Of a DNA stretch of 32,000 nucleotides, positions 17,597-26,678 are shown one piece after another. Origin of the DNA: Caldicoprobacter guelmensis (lineage in GTDB: Bacteria > Bacillota > Clostridia > Caldicoprobacterales > Caldicoprobacteraceae); NCBI RefSeq assembly GCF_016908415.1, contig NZ_JAFBDW010000004.1, positions 257,893 through 289,892 on the forward strand, read 5' to 3'. A program made the translations under genes and the position numbers. The first letter of the stretch is position 1, and each line of letters opens with the position of its first letter. The notes under the pieces were generated by a model that ran no database searches, was not told the DNA's origin, and worked only from the letters and a program-made list of their open reading frames with translations.

Positions 17597-18523
17597 CTAA
17601 TCATTTAAAACTTCATCCTGTGATTTAGTCTCTTTAGTCCCTGGATTAGCGATGTACACCAGTATTCCCAGCAATACGAATGACACCGATAGTATAATGT
17701 AATATATAAAATAGGTGCGGAAGAGAAAAGATACTGCCAAAAACAAAAAGCCGTAAAAGATATAGGTTTTGGCTTTTGCAGGGGTGAAGAGATTTTTCCT
17801 GGCCTGCTTCTTCTTAATTTTTGATTTTTCAATTTCGTCCCTAAGGTGCAGTTTTATGGCATCCGAGTCATTGAAAATACCTGCCTTTTCCATTATTTTG
17901 ATCAGGTTATTTCCATCGATGAGGTGAAGCTCGATGTCATCATGGTCTTGAAGGATGGCATTACACGTATTGCTAAAGCTTGATAAGGTAAAGTAAAAAC
18001 CTGTTGTATATCCGCTGTGTTTTAGTACATTTAAAAATTTATATATTTCAAAAGGAGGTACCTGTTGGCTATAAGGTGTATGATAAAAGCTTATGAGCGC
18101 TTGCCTGCCATCGTATTTAGCCTTCAAAAACTTTTTGCCTACTTTTATGTCTTCAAATTTTCCACTGTGCAGCAGTGCCTTGGCAAGCTGCCATTTGAAC
18201 TGTGTGGGCGTAAGCTGCATAAGGCTTTTTATTCTGTGGGCGGCAGCTATTTTATTGAGTTTCGCCTGTTTTTTTCTTTTGAACTGCCCTGCTCTCCATT
18301 GTAAATATACTATGTTAACGGTCGCTGTTGCCATTAAAGCAAATATGAGTGACAGCCAGGGAATTTTAGACTGGTAAACAAACCATAGGTATGACATGCA
18401 AAGGGTGAGTATGCTCAATATTATGGCATCTACCACCCAGCTTAAAATTGATGCGGGCTTATCTCCTTCAATGTAATAATTCCATTCGCTTATTTTTGAA
18501 AAAAGCCGTTTCAAAGAATTCAT
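17597..18523 (-). CDS. membrane protein: two TM pairs flanking a cytoplasmic restriction-endonuclease-like (Mrr_cat-like) domain that appears catalytically degenerate
   Basis: Start moved to the ATG at 18523, downstream of AAGGGAGG. 308 aa with TM helices at both ends. The central region (LTPTQFKWQLAKALLHSGKFEDIKV...YDGRQALISFYHTP...GYTTGFYFTLSSFSNTCNAIL...IELHLIDGNNLIKIM) follows the Mrr_cat pattern but lacks the D...(E/Q)xK residues. Confidence 0.6.
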   Translation of the reverse strand: MNSLKRLFSKISEWNYYIEGDKPASILSWVVDAIILSILTLCMSYLWFVYQSKIPWLSLIFALMATATVNIVYLQWRAGQFKRKKQAKLNKIAAAHRIKSLMQLTPTQFKWQLAKALLHSGKFEDIKVGKKFLKAKYDGRQALISFYHTPYSQQVPPFEIYKFLNVLKHSGYTTGFYFTLSSFSNTCNAILQDHDDIELHLIDGNNLIKIMEKAGIFNDSDAIKLHLRDEIEKSKIKKKQARKNLFTPAKAKTYIFYGFLFLAVSFLFRTYFIYYIILSVSFVLLGILVYIANPGTKETKSQDEVLND

Positions 18524-18767
18524 GCTACAAAACCTCCCTTTAGGAAATTTTTCCCTAAAAGGCGTTTGTTTATTCATCGTTTTGGATGAATTTGTGTTAT
18601 AATAAATATCGGTTTACATGCTGTCAGCATGGACACTTTAATTTGGTAAAATGGCATAAGGGGGAGTGTATTCAACAGTTACTTACGGGGAATTGGATGG
18701 TATCCACAATTTGCCACAACTGTACGAGTGTTGTATTCAACAACTCCTGAAAAGGGCGGGATTTGAG

Positions 18768-19430
18768 GTGACGAGCATTACCAAAAATTGGGCTGCGTCT
18801 GTTGCCTATGATAAAGATATACAGCCTGTGAGGTTGGGCATAGCAGGGGGAACTTTTGACCCCATACATATAGGCCATCTCATAATTGCAGAGGTAGCAA
18901 GGCAGGAATGCCATTTGGATAAGGTGCTCTTTATCCCTACCGGTATCCCTCCCCACAAACGGGGATACACCGTTACGCCAGCTATTCACAGGTATGAGAT
19001 GGTCAGGTTGGCCATAATGGACAACCCTTATTTTGAGATAAGCGATATAGAGGTAAAAAGGGAAGGTTTTACTTATACCGTTGACACTTTAAGGGAGCTT
19101 AAAAGGATATACCCTGAAAATGTAGAGTTTTTTTTCATAATAGGCAGCGATACTTTGCCCGAAGTCAAGGGCTGGAGAGAAGCATCGCAAGTGGTGAGAT
19201 ACTGCCAATTTGTGGTGTATACAAGGCCTGGGTATGAAGTGGTCGAAATGGAAGTTCAATTTTTAAAGGAAACCATGGGGGCGTCTGTGCATACCGTACA
19301 AGGACCGCTGCTCGATATATCTTCTACATATATCAGGGATAGGATAAGGCAGGGGAAGTCGATCCGCTATCTTGTGCCGCAGAGGGTGGAAGAGTATATT
19401 AGCAATAACCGTTTGTATGTCCAATTTTGA
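18768..19430 (+). CDS. nadD: nicotinate-nucleotide adenylyltransferase
   Basis: GIAGGTFDPIHIGHL (HxGH motif), and ISSTYIRDRI near the C-terminus. Start uncertain: GTG 18768 follows AAGGGCGGGA with reasonable spacing. ORF-track start 18666 has essentially no SD spacing, and GTG 18828 has no SD. Confidence 0.85.
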   Translation: MTSITKNWAASVAYDKDIQPVRLGIAGGTFDPIHIGHLIIAEVARQECHLDKVLFIPTGIPPHKRGYTVTPAIHRYEMVRLAIMDNPYFEISDIEVKREGFTYTVDTLRELKRIYPENVEFFFIIGSDTLPEVKGWREASQVVRYCQFVVYTRPGYEVVEMEVQFLKETMGASVHTVQGPLLDISSTYIRDRIRQGKSIRYLVPQRVEEYISNNRLYVQF

Positions 19431-19448
19431 CAACAGGAGGTTTGTAAT

Positions 19449-20048
19449 GTGATGGTCGAGATGATGCAGGAAAGTGAGATGTGTGAAAAACTCAGGACTT
19501 TGATGGATGAGGAGAGGTATGAGCATTCTTTGGGTGTCAGAGATAGTGCTGTCATGCTGGCGAAAAGGTACGGTGCAGATGTGGCCAAGGCGAGGATTGC
19601 GGGGCTGCTTCACGATTGCGCTAAGGGTTTGGTGAGGGAAGAAATGATAGGCAAGGCGTTGGAGGTTGGGATAGAGCTTGGACCTGAGGAGTTCCGGGTT
19701 GAGGCTTTATTGCACGGGCCTGTGGGGGCAGTGATGGCCAGGCAGGTGTTTGGGATACAAGACCCCGAGATATTGAGCGCTATTGAGTGCCATACCACTG
19801 GGAAAAGGAATATGTCATTGCTTGATAAGATAATATACCTGGCTGATTACATAGAGCCCAACAGGGATTTTCCAGAGGTGGAGGAGTTGAGGCGTGTAGC
19901 CATGGAAGACCTGGATAAGGCTGTATTGCTGGCGGTACGACGAACCATTAAATATGTTTTGGATACCGACCGCTTTCTGCATCCCCGAACGGTTGAGGCA
20001 TGGAATGACATGTTAAAGAGATTTAAGCTACAAAAACTGCCGGGCTGA
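19449..20048 (+). CDS. yqeK: HD-domain phosphohydrolase YqeK (bis(5'-nucleosyl)-tetraphosphatase family)
   Basis: 199 aa; HSLGV...GLLHDCAK HD motif; conserved nadD-yqeK-rsfS order; AGGAGG (19435-19440) lies 8 nt upstream of GTG 19449. Confidence 0.85.
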   Translation: MMVEMMQESEMCEKLRTLMDEERYEHSLGVRDSAVMLAKRYGADVAKARIAGLLHDCAKGLVREEMIGKALEVGIELGPEEFRVEALLHGPVGAVMARQVFGIQDPEILSAIECHTTGKRNMSLLDKIIYLADYIEPNRDFPEVEELRRVAMEDLDKAVLLAVRRTIKYVLDTDRFLHPRTVEAWNDMLKRFKLQKLPG

Positions 20049-20059
20049 TTCTCCTTATG

Positions 20060-20087
20060 TTGACAAATTGTGTATATTGGATATAAT
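20060..20087 (+). promoter_or_regulatory. near-consensus sigmaA promoter upstream of rsfS
   Basis: TTGACA (20060-20065), 16 nt spacer, TATAAT (20082-20087). Confidence 0.55.
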
Positions 20088-20119
20088 AAAGAAAAGAAAA
20101 CGCAGATGGGGGGAAGGAG

Positions 20120-20476
20120 TTGCATAATAACGCAAAGGAGTTGGCTTTGCAGATTGCGAAGATTTTGGATGCCAAAAAGGCAATGGACGTGGTTGTACTT
20201 GAGATAAGCCACTTGACTATTATAGCCGATTATTTTGTTATAGCCAGTGGCAATACCGAGATACAGGTAAGGGCTTTGTGCGACGAGATGATGAAGGCTT
20301 TAAGAGAACAAGGCATAGAAGCCCGAGGGCAAGAAGGATATAGGCACGGTAGATGGGTGGCTGTGGATTACGGCGATGTGGTGGTACACATTTTTCATCG
20401 GGAGGATAGGGCTTTTTACAATCTGGAGAGGTTATGGGCCGACAGTTTACCCCTATCGGTTGACAGTCGACACTAA
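20120..20476 (+). CDS. rsfS: ribosomal silencing factor RsfS
   Basis: 118 aa; ILDAKKAMDVVVLEISHLTIIADYFVIASGNT...WVAVDYGDVVVHIF...YNLERLW, typical of RsfS/iojap. Confidence 0.9.
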   Translation: MHNNAKELALQIAKILDAKKAMDVVVLEISHLTIIADYFVIASGNTEIQVRALCDEMMKALREQGIEARGQEGYRHGRWVAVDYGDVVVHIFHREDRAFYNLERLWADSLPLSVDSRH

Positions 20477-20520
20477 AGCTTCCGCACGCGGAAACGCTAG
20501 TGATGTGGTTGAGGCAGAAA

Positions 20521-20560
20521 GCTCCATCTTCTGTTAATTAAGATGGAGCGGTTTACTTTA
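20521..20560 (+). terminator. hairpin between rsfS and leuS (weak terminator or attenuator)
   Basis: GCTCCATCTT (20521-20530) / AAGATGGAGC (20540-20549), a 10 bp stem followed by GGTTTACTTT (poor T-run). Confidence 0.4.
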
Positions 20561-20579
20561 ATATGGAGGGAATTTTGTT

Positions 20580-23060
20580 ATGGAGTACAGATTCAGTGAG
20601 ATTGAGAAAAAGTGGCAGGAGAGATGGGAGAAGGAGAAGGCTTTTCGCAGGGTGGAGGACCCTACAAAAAAGAAGTTTTACATGCTGGAGATGTTCCCTT
20701 ATCCGTCGGGTAAACTGCACATGGGGCATGTGCGAAATTATTCCATAGGCGATGTCATAGCCAGGTATAGGACCATGCAAGGATACAACGTCCTGCATCC
20801 CATGGGGTGGGATGCATTTGGTTTGCCGGCTGAAAACGCTGCCATCGCCCACCAAATCCACCCCAGTACGTGGACATGGGACAACATAAACAACATGAGA
20901 GAGCAATTAAAAGGCTTGGGAATAAGCTATGACTGGGAACGAGAGGTGGCTACCTGCCATCCCAGCTACTACAGGTGGACCCAGTGGATGTTCCTGCAGT
21001 TCTTTAAGCGAGGGTTGGCATATAAGAAACGAGCATTTGTCAACTGGTGTCCCTCTTGCAGCACGGTGCTGGCCAATGAACAGGTGGTCAATGGGCACTG
21101 CGAGCGCTGCGGTACGCTGGTAGGCAAAAAGGACCTGGAACAGTGGTTCTTCAAGATCACCGACTATGCCGAGCGTTTGCTCAAGGACATTGACCGGTTG
21201 ACCGGTTGGCCGGAAAAGGTAAAAGTGATGCAGCAGAACTGGATCGGCCGCAGCGAAGGCGCCATGGTGGATTTCAAGGTGGAGGGCAGCGAGGAGACCA
21301 TCACCGTCTTTACCACAAGGCCTGACACCATTTACGGCGTGACTTATATGGTGCTGGCGCCTGAACATCCGCTGGTACTCAAGCTGGTTGAGGGCACCGA
21401 ATATGAAAGCGATGTGCGCGTCTTTATAGACAGGATGCAGTACATGAACGAGATCACGCGCACGTCGGAGGAGACCGAGAAGGAAGGCGTATTTATCGGG
21501 CGATATGCCATCAATCCGTTGAGCGGACAGAGGGTCCCGCTGTATATAGCAAACTACGTATTGCTGGATTATGGGACGGGTGCCGTGATGGGCGTTCCGG
21601 CTCACGACCAGCGCGACTTCGAATTTGCCACCAAGTACGGATTGCCAATAGTTCCCGTCATCAAGCCGGAAGATGATAGTGTAGACGTATATAATTTAAA
21701 ACATGCCTTTGAAGGGCAGGGCATAATGATAAATTCCGGGCCGTTTGATGGCCTGTCTAATACGGAGGCCATGCAAAAGATCATCGAATACATAGAAGAA
21801 AAGGGTATAGGCAAGAGGCATGTAAGCTACAGGTTGAGGGACTGGCTGATTTCCCGCCAGCGTTACTGGGGAGCACCCATACCTATTATATACTGCGATA
21901 AATGCGGTATCGTGCCGGTACCCGAGGATCAGCTGCCGGTGATACTGCCCACCGATGTGAAGTTTACCGGCAAAGGGCAGTCGGTGCTGGCTGAAAGCAA
22001 ATCGTTTGTTAACACCACCTGTCCGCAGTGCGGTGGCCCGGCAAGGCGTGAGACCGATACCATGGATACATTTGTATGTTCGTCATTCTATTTCTTGAGG
22101 TTTACCGACCCCAAGAATACCGAGGCGCCTTTTAGCCGCCAAAAAGCCGAATATTGGATGCCGGTAGACCAGTACGTGGGCGGGGTGGAGCATGCCATAC
22201 TTCACCTTCTGTATGCCAGGTTCTTCACCAAGGTGCTGTACGATATAGGGCTGTCTCCGGTGGATGAACCTTTTACCAATCTGCTCACGCAGGGGATGGT
22301 GCTCAAGGACGGCTCCAAGATGTCAAAGTCCAAGGGCAATATAGTAAGTCCCGAGGATATTGTGGCCAAGTATGGCGCTGATACCGCCAGGCTGTTTATA
22401 CTTTTCGCAGCACCGCCCGAAAAGGACCTTGAGTGGAGCGACCAGGGGGTTGAAGGATGTTACCGTTTCCTCAACAGGGTATGGAGACTGGTCAATGAGT
22501 GCAAGGATGCGTGCAAGCATTACAACATAGGCGACAAGCCCGCTAACTTCTCTGAGAGTGATAAAGAGCTCAGGTACGTTGTGCACAACACCATTAAGCG
22601 TGTAACGGTTGACATAGAGGAGAGGTTCAATTTCAATACGGCCATAAGCGCCATCATGGAGATGGTGAACGCTATACAGCAGTATAGGGATAAGGTTGAC
22701 GAGTCGCAGCAGAATATGTCGGTGTTGGGCGAAGCCATCACCCATCTGCTGTTGCTGCTGGCGCCGTTTGCACCGCACATCACAGAAGAATTGTGGGAGC
22801 TAACCGGCCATGAGGGGAGCATACACGCTCAATCCTGGCCTGCTTACGACCCGCAGGCTCTGGTACGGGAAGAGGTTGAAGTGGTTGTGCAGGTCAACGG
22901 TAAGGTCAGGGATCGCATGATGGTGCCGGTAGATGCTTCTCAGCAAGAGGTTCAGAATATGGCGCTAAACTTAAGTAGGATACAGGAATTCATAAATGGC
23001 AAGAGCATCGTAAAAGTGGTTGTGGTGCCCAATAAGTTGGTCAACATTGTGGTAAAATAA
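20580..23060 (+). CDS. leuS: leucine--tRNA ligase
   Basis: 826 aa; class I HIGH-type motif ([10 protein letters not shown]) and KMSKS (SKMSKSKGN); CP1 editing domain; zinc-type Cys pairs. Confidence 0.98.
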   Translation: MEYRFSEIEKKWQERWEKEKAFRRVEDPTKKKFYMLEMFPYPSGKLHMGHVRNYSIGDVIARYRTMQGYNVLHPMGWDAFGLPAENAAIAHQIHPSTWTWDNINNMREQLKGLGISYDWEREVATCHPSYYRWTQWMFLQFFKRGLAYKKRAFVNWCPSCSTVLANEQVVNGHCERCGTLVGKKDLEQWFFKITDYAERLLKDIDRLTGWPEKVKVMQQNWIGRSEGAMVDFKVEGSEETITVFTTRPDTIYGVTYMVLAPEHPLVLKLVEGTEYESDVRVFIDRMQYMNEITRTSEETEKEGVFIGRYAINPLSGQRVPLYIANYVLLDYGTGAVMGVPAHDQRDFEFATKYGLPIVPVIKPEDDSVDVYNLKHAFEGQGIMINSGPFDGLSNTEAMQKIIEYIEEKGIGKRHVSYRLRDWLISRQRYWGAPIPIIYCDKCGIVPVPEDQLPVILPTDVKFTGKGQSVLAESKSFVNTTCPQCGGPARRETDTMDTFVCSSFYFLRFTDPKNTEAPFSRQKAEYWMPVDQYVGGVEHAILHLLYARFFTKVLYDIGLSPVDEPFTNLLTQGMVLKDGSKMSKSKGNIVSPEDIVAKYGADTARLFILFAAPPEKDLEWSDQGVEGCYRFLNRVWRLVNECKDACKHYNIGDKPANFSESDKELRYVVHNTIKRVTVDIEERFNFNTAISAIMEMVNAIQQYRDKVDESQQNMSVLGEAITHLLLLLAPFAPHITEELWELTGHEGSIHAQSWPAYDPQALVREEVEVVVQVNGKVRDRMMVPVDASQQEVQNMALNLSRIQEFINGKSIVKVVVVPNKLVNIVVK

Positions 23061-23135
23061 AGACGACTTTGTGCCATCAGTCTCAAATGATGGGAAAGTT
23101 GAGGTAATGATAAAATGACCACGGAAAGAGCAATT

Positions 23136-23176
23136 GAGGGGGATATTCGTCTAGGATATCCCCCTCTTTCTATTTA
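23136..23176 (+). terminator. rho-independent terminator of leuS
   Basis: 11 bp stem GAGGGGGATAT (23136-23146) / ATATCCCCCTC (23156-23166) followed by TTTCTATTT. Confidence 0.75.
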
Positions 23177-23187
23177 AAGAACACGTG

Positions 23188-23457
23188 CTAATGTTTTCTT
23201 TGGTAATCGTCGTATGCCTGTGCTATATGGGCGAAGCCGGCAGCTTTGAGCTGCTCTACCACAATGCGGTGTATTTCGAAAGAATGTATATATTCTTTTC
23301 CCATGCTCAATATGGCCTTATATATTTCTCTAGTCATGTTATCGATGTCTGACTTTGTGAAAGGTTCATTTAACTCATCGGATACCTTTTCCAGGGTGAG
23401 TTTAATCTTTTCAATATCAAATTCTTGTGTTCTCCCATCTCTTTTAATTACTTTCAT
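23188..23457 (-). CDS. stand-alone ATP-cone domain protein
   Basis: Start moved to the ATG at 23457, downstream of TGGGGGAT. 89 aa; MKVIKRDGRTQEFDIEKIKLTLEKV is the typical ATP-cone N-terminus seen in NrdR/NrdD/NrdA; no Zn ribbon or reductase domain attached. Confidence 0.7.
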   Translation of the reverse strand: MKVIKRDGRTQEFDIEKIKLTLEKVSDELNEPFTKSDIDNMTREIYKAILSMGKEYIHSFEIHRIVVEQLKAAGFAHIAQAYDDYQRKH

Positions 23458-23511
23458 GGAAATCCCCCATTTTATATATATATACCACATATGAAGTTTT
23501 AGTAAAGAATC

Positions 23512-24957
23512 TTATCGATACCGCCGCAGAATATATCTTCTTCGCCTTCTGCGCTTTAGGGTGTAAAATGCTGCGCCGATAAATGCAAGGAGCAATACAA
23601 CAACCACAATCAATGAACGGGAATGTTCTTTGCCGCTGGTAGCTAATTTATCTCCAGACCCGGGGGTTATCATGTCAATTATAGTCTTTTTTCTTTCTAT
23701 GCCCCTTGCGGCGATAAGGTCACTTTCTCCTATGGTTTTGCCGTTCAAAGTATAAGTGAGTTTCCCTACCACCTGCCCCTTGTAAACAGGAGCTTCAAGA
23801 TGTAGTTGATTATTTTCGTCAGTGTAATACCATTCAATGTTTTGCTGTATATTGTTCACGTCCTCTTTTGCTATTACATCCCGAAATCCCTGTGCTGCCA
23901 CAATGTCCACAGCCCCTGGATCTTCGGAGGCGTGATTGCTCACCTGGGTAGTAGCAACTACCTGCCCCTGCTTTAAGGGTTCATATATAGTGTAGTGCTC
24001 AAATCCATATTCCAGCAGTTTTATTGAGTCGAGCCACTGCCCATCCCGCGTACTTTTTAGTACCACAGCGATGAGGCTTAAGCCATCTTTTGTGGCCGAC
24101 GAAACCAGACAATGGCCCGAATACGATGTATAGCCAGTTTTAATGCCAGTAGCATAAGGGTAATAATATTCGCTTTTTTCGTCCAGCAGCCTATTTTTAT
24201 TGACCCAGTAACGAGTGGCTTTTTTGCTTGGGTCGTTTTTGTCGACTTCGTTCCAGTCAGGATATTCTCTATAAGTAATCTTTACGATTTCCCTGAAGGC
24301 TTCATGTTTCATGGCTTCTCTTGCAATCAAAGCCAAGTCATATGCTGTGGTATAATGGTCTTTGTTATGATAGCCGTGAGGATTGACAAAATGGGAGTTG
24401 GTGGCCCCCAAGTCTGCGGCCCTTTTGTTCATGAGCTCATAAAACTTGTCTAGCGCCTGATTGTATGGTAAGGCGGGGTTACCTGCTACAATGCGGCCTA
24501 TATGAGCGCCTATGGTAAGGGCGGCATCATTGCCTGAAGATACCAAAAGACCCACCAACAGGTCTTTCAGCGTTATCTGTTCACCTATATCGATGCAGGC
24601 TAGGCTGCTGTCCCTTGGTGCCAGGTTGGCCTCGTTGCCTACCGTAACTATTTCATCCAGGTTTCCGTTTTCTATTGCCAGCAGAGCCGTTAAGATTTTG
24701 GTTGTACTTGCAGGATACAGCTTTTCATCCTTGTTCTTTTCATATAACACTTTACCGGTTTCCTGTTCGATGAGGACGGCGCCTTCAGCATCGAGGTTTA
24801 ATATTTCTGAAGCAGTTGGAGGCTGTGTAGTTTCTGCTGAGCCAGAACTTTCAACTTGCTTGGCGGCGTCTTTAGGGTTGAGCATGGCAGCTGATGATTG
24901 AATATGAAATGATAGCACAAATAATGCTGCTAATAAAGCCCAAAATCGTTTCATCAT
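23512..24957 (-). CDS. serine-type D-alanyl-D-alanine carboxypeptidase (peptidase S11, PBP5/DacB-like) with C-terminal membrane anchor
   Basis: Signal peptide; SxxK (ASTTKILT), SGN (VSSGNDAA), KTG (GIKTGYT); C-terminal hydrophobic helix followed by RRRRRR. ATG at 24957 is preferred over TTG at 24960 on SD spacing. Confidence 0.9.
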   Translation of the reverse strand: MMKRFWALLAALFVLSFHIQSSAAMLNPKDAAKQVESSGSAETTQPPTASEILNLDAEGAVLIEQETGKVLYEKNKDEKLYPASTTKILTALLAIENGNLDEIVTVGNEANLAPRDSSLACIDIGEQITLKDLLVGLLVSSGNDAALTIGAHIGRIVAGNPALPYNQALDKFYELMNKRAADLGATNSHFVNPHGYHNKDHYTTAYDLALIAREAMKHEAFREIVKITYREYPDWNEVDKNDPSKKATRYWVNKNRLLDEKSEYYYPYATGIKTGYTSYSGHCLVSSATKDGLSLIAVVLKSTRDGQWLDSIKLLEYGFEHYTIYEPLKQGQVVATTQVSNHASEDPGAVDIVAAQGFRDVIAKEDVNNIQQNIEWYYTDENNQLHLEAPVYKGQVVGKLTYTLNGKTIGESDLIAARGIERKKTIIDMITPGSGDKLATSGKEHSRSLIVVVVLLLAFIGAAFYTLKRRRRRRYILRRYR

Positions 24958-25162
24958 CAAAACTCCTTACCCTTGTAATGATATTTCGCCTTTTTAGTAT
25001 AACAAATTATCGGTGGGTTTGTACAGAAAAAGTTGAAGAATGGTGAATTGGTTGCAAAAATGTGGTAAAATATTCTCGAAAATGTTTTTCCAAACTTCGA
25101 TGGACCAGTTCAGCAATTATACCTCTCTTTGTGCAGAAATTGGTTTACGGGGTGGAGGTTTT

Positions 25163-25846
25163 ATGCTCAACCTTGATCTCAATCAAAAAAGGGTTCTGCT
25201 TGTGTTTGGTACTATTCTGGTTTTGTTAGTGACGGGATACATTTTAAAGGATGTATTTGCTGATAACGTTAGGCCGGCAGCCGCACGCGGGGAGCAGGAT
25301 ATTGTGGTGGTGTCCCAATTGGAAGATGGTGGGCAAGGTGGTCAGGATAAAGTAAGCCAACCTGTTTCGAAAGAGGGCGTAATTAACCAGCCCGTTAAAA
25401 AGATAAAGGTATACATAGTAGGGGCGGTAAGATATCCAGGGGTTATAGAGGTAGAAGAAGGAAGCCGTCTGATAGACGTGCTTGAGCTGGCGGGCGGAGC
25501 TACAGAGGAGGCTGACCTTGAAAGGGTAAACCTGGCTTTGAAGGTGCAGGATGAGGGCATGTATAAAATTCCTAAGAAAGGAGAAGAGTTGATGGTCCCT
25601 GATCCTAATGTTTCAAATACTACGTCGGGCATTGCATCAGGGAAGGGACAGCAGAAAGTGAATATTAATACCGCAGATGAGGCTATGCTGGATACCTTGC
25701 CGGGTATTGGGCCCAGCAAAGCAAAAAGGATTATAGAATATAGAGAGCAAAACGGGCCATTTAAGTCCATAGAAGAGATTAAAAACGTATCGGGGATCGG
25801 TGAAAAAACGTTTGAGCAGATTAAGGATTTAATTACAGTCAACTGA
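25163..25846 (+). CDS. comEA: competence protein ComEA (SLBB domain plus helix-hairpin-helix DNA-binding domain)
   Basis: Start moved to the ATG at 25163, downstream of GGTGGAGG. N-terminal TM helix; SLBB-like IKVYIVGAVRYPGVIEVEEGSRLIDVLELAGG; C-terminal HhH (INTADEAMLDTLPGIGPSKAKRIIEYREQNGPFKSIEEIKNVSGIGEKTFEQIK). Confidence 0.85.
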   Translation: MLNLDLNQKRVLLVFGTILVLLVTGYILKDVFADNVRPAAARGEQDIVVVSQLEDGGQGGQDKVSQPVSKEGVINQPVKKIKVYIVGAVRYPGVIEVEEGSRLIDVLELAGGATEEADLERVNLALKVQDEGMYKIPKKGEELMVPDPNVSNTTSGIASGKGQQKVNINTADEAMLDTLPGIGPSKAKRIIEYREQNGPFKSIEEIKNVSGIGEKTFEQIKDLITVN

Positions 25847-25919
25847 TTGTTGAGCATGACTGATGGGTTTTTGCATCCTATACTCTGGGAGACACCCTTG
25901 ACCCGATTGACCGGCAAAA

Positions 25920-25948
25920 TTGATTTTGTATTGGGCATATGGTACAAT
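25920..25948 (+). promoter_or_regulatory. sigmaA-type promoter candidate for the two-component operon
   Basis: TTGATT (25920-25925), 17 nt spacer, TGgTACAAT extended -10 (TACAAT at 25943-25948). Confidence 0.5.
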
Positions 25949-25991
25949 AAAATTTGTGTATGAAAGGGTTTGAAAGGAAGGGACAGGGCTT

Positions 25992-26678
25992 ATGTCAAAA
26001 AAGCTGTTGGTGGTGGATGATGAGCCTGCTATTGTAAAAGGGCTTAAGTTTAGCCTCGAAAGAGATGGCTATCAGATTGATGCTGCCTATGATGGAGAGG
26101 AAGCTATAAGGATGTTTGAGGCCAATCAATATGACCTAGTTATTCTGGACGTAATGCTTCCTAAAGTGGATGGCTTGACGGTACTACAAAGGATAAGGGA
26201 GAAATCGTCAGTGCCTGTTATAATGCTGACGGCTAAAGGTGAGGATATGGACAAGATACTAGGCCTGGAATATGGTGCCGATGACTATATAACCAAGCCG
26301 TTTAATATTTTGGAGTTAAAGGCTAGGATCAAAGCCATTTTTAGAAGGATGAATGAGGTTGCAAAAAACGATCATCAGGTTATCCGAATTAAAAATATGA
26401 CCATCAATCTAGCAAATCGCAGCGTGACTATAGATGGTAAGGAAGTCAATCTGACCGCAAAGGAATTTGAGCTGCTCAAGTTATTTGCCACTAATCCTGG
26501 CAAGGTCTATACCCGTGAAAATTTGCTGGAACTCATATGGAAGTATGAGTATCTTGGCGATGTGAGAACAGTGGATGTTCACATACGCCGGTTGAGAGAG
26601 AAGATAGAGAAAAATCCTAGCCAGCCCGAGTTTATATTTACAAAATGGGGAGTGGGGTACTATTTTGCTGACAAATAG
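25992..26678 (+). CDS. OmpR-family response regulator (WalR/MtrA-like)
   Basis: 228 aa; receiver domain (LLVVDDEP, DLVILDVMLPKVDG, IMLTAKG, GADDYITKPF) and winged-helix output (LTAKEFELLKLFATNPGKVYTRENLL...VDVHIRRLREKI). Confidence 0.95.
   Translation: MSKKLLVVDDEPAIVKGLKFSLERDGYQIDAAYDGEEAIRMFEANQYDLVILDVMLPKVDGLTVLQRIREKSSVPVIMLTAKGEDMDKILGLEYGADDYITKPFNILELKARIKAIFRRMNEVAKNDHQVIRIKNMTINLANRSVTIDGKEVNLTAKEFELLKLFATNPGKVYTRENLLELIWKYEYLGDVRTVDVHIRRLREKIEKNPSQPEFIFTKWGVGYYFADK

Noticed and set aside
20477-20579. T-box leader upstream of leuS
   Set aside because: Only about 100 nt are available. I could not find the conserved T-box sequence (AAnnnGGGTGGnACCnCG-like) or a specifier-loop architecture. 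There is only a simple hairpin with a poor T-run.
20907-21605. 232 aa antisense ORF inside leuS, plus similar long antisense ORFs (147-776, 1495-1875, 7341-7709, 25342-25947)
   Set aside because: They fully overlap strongly supported genes on the other strand. They have no SD, and their compositions (Arg/Leu/Ser/Pro-rich) are typical of shadow frames.
25040-25162. N-terminal extensions in ORF-track calls (comEA 25040, hpf 3352, obg 15950, cheW 9617, Spo0E-like 3210, ATP-cone 23490, membrane protein 18577)
   Set aside because: In each case an internal ATG or GTG has a properly spaced SD and coincides with the conserved family N-terminus. The upstream extension has no SD and is not family-like.
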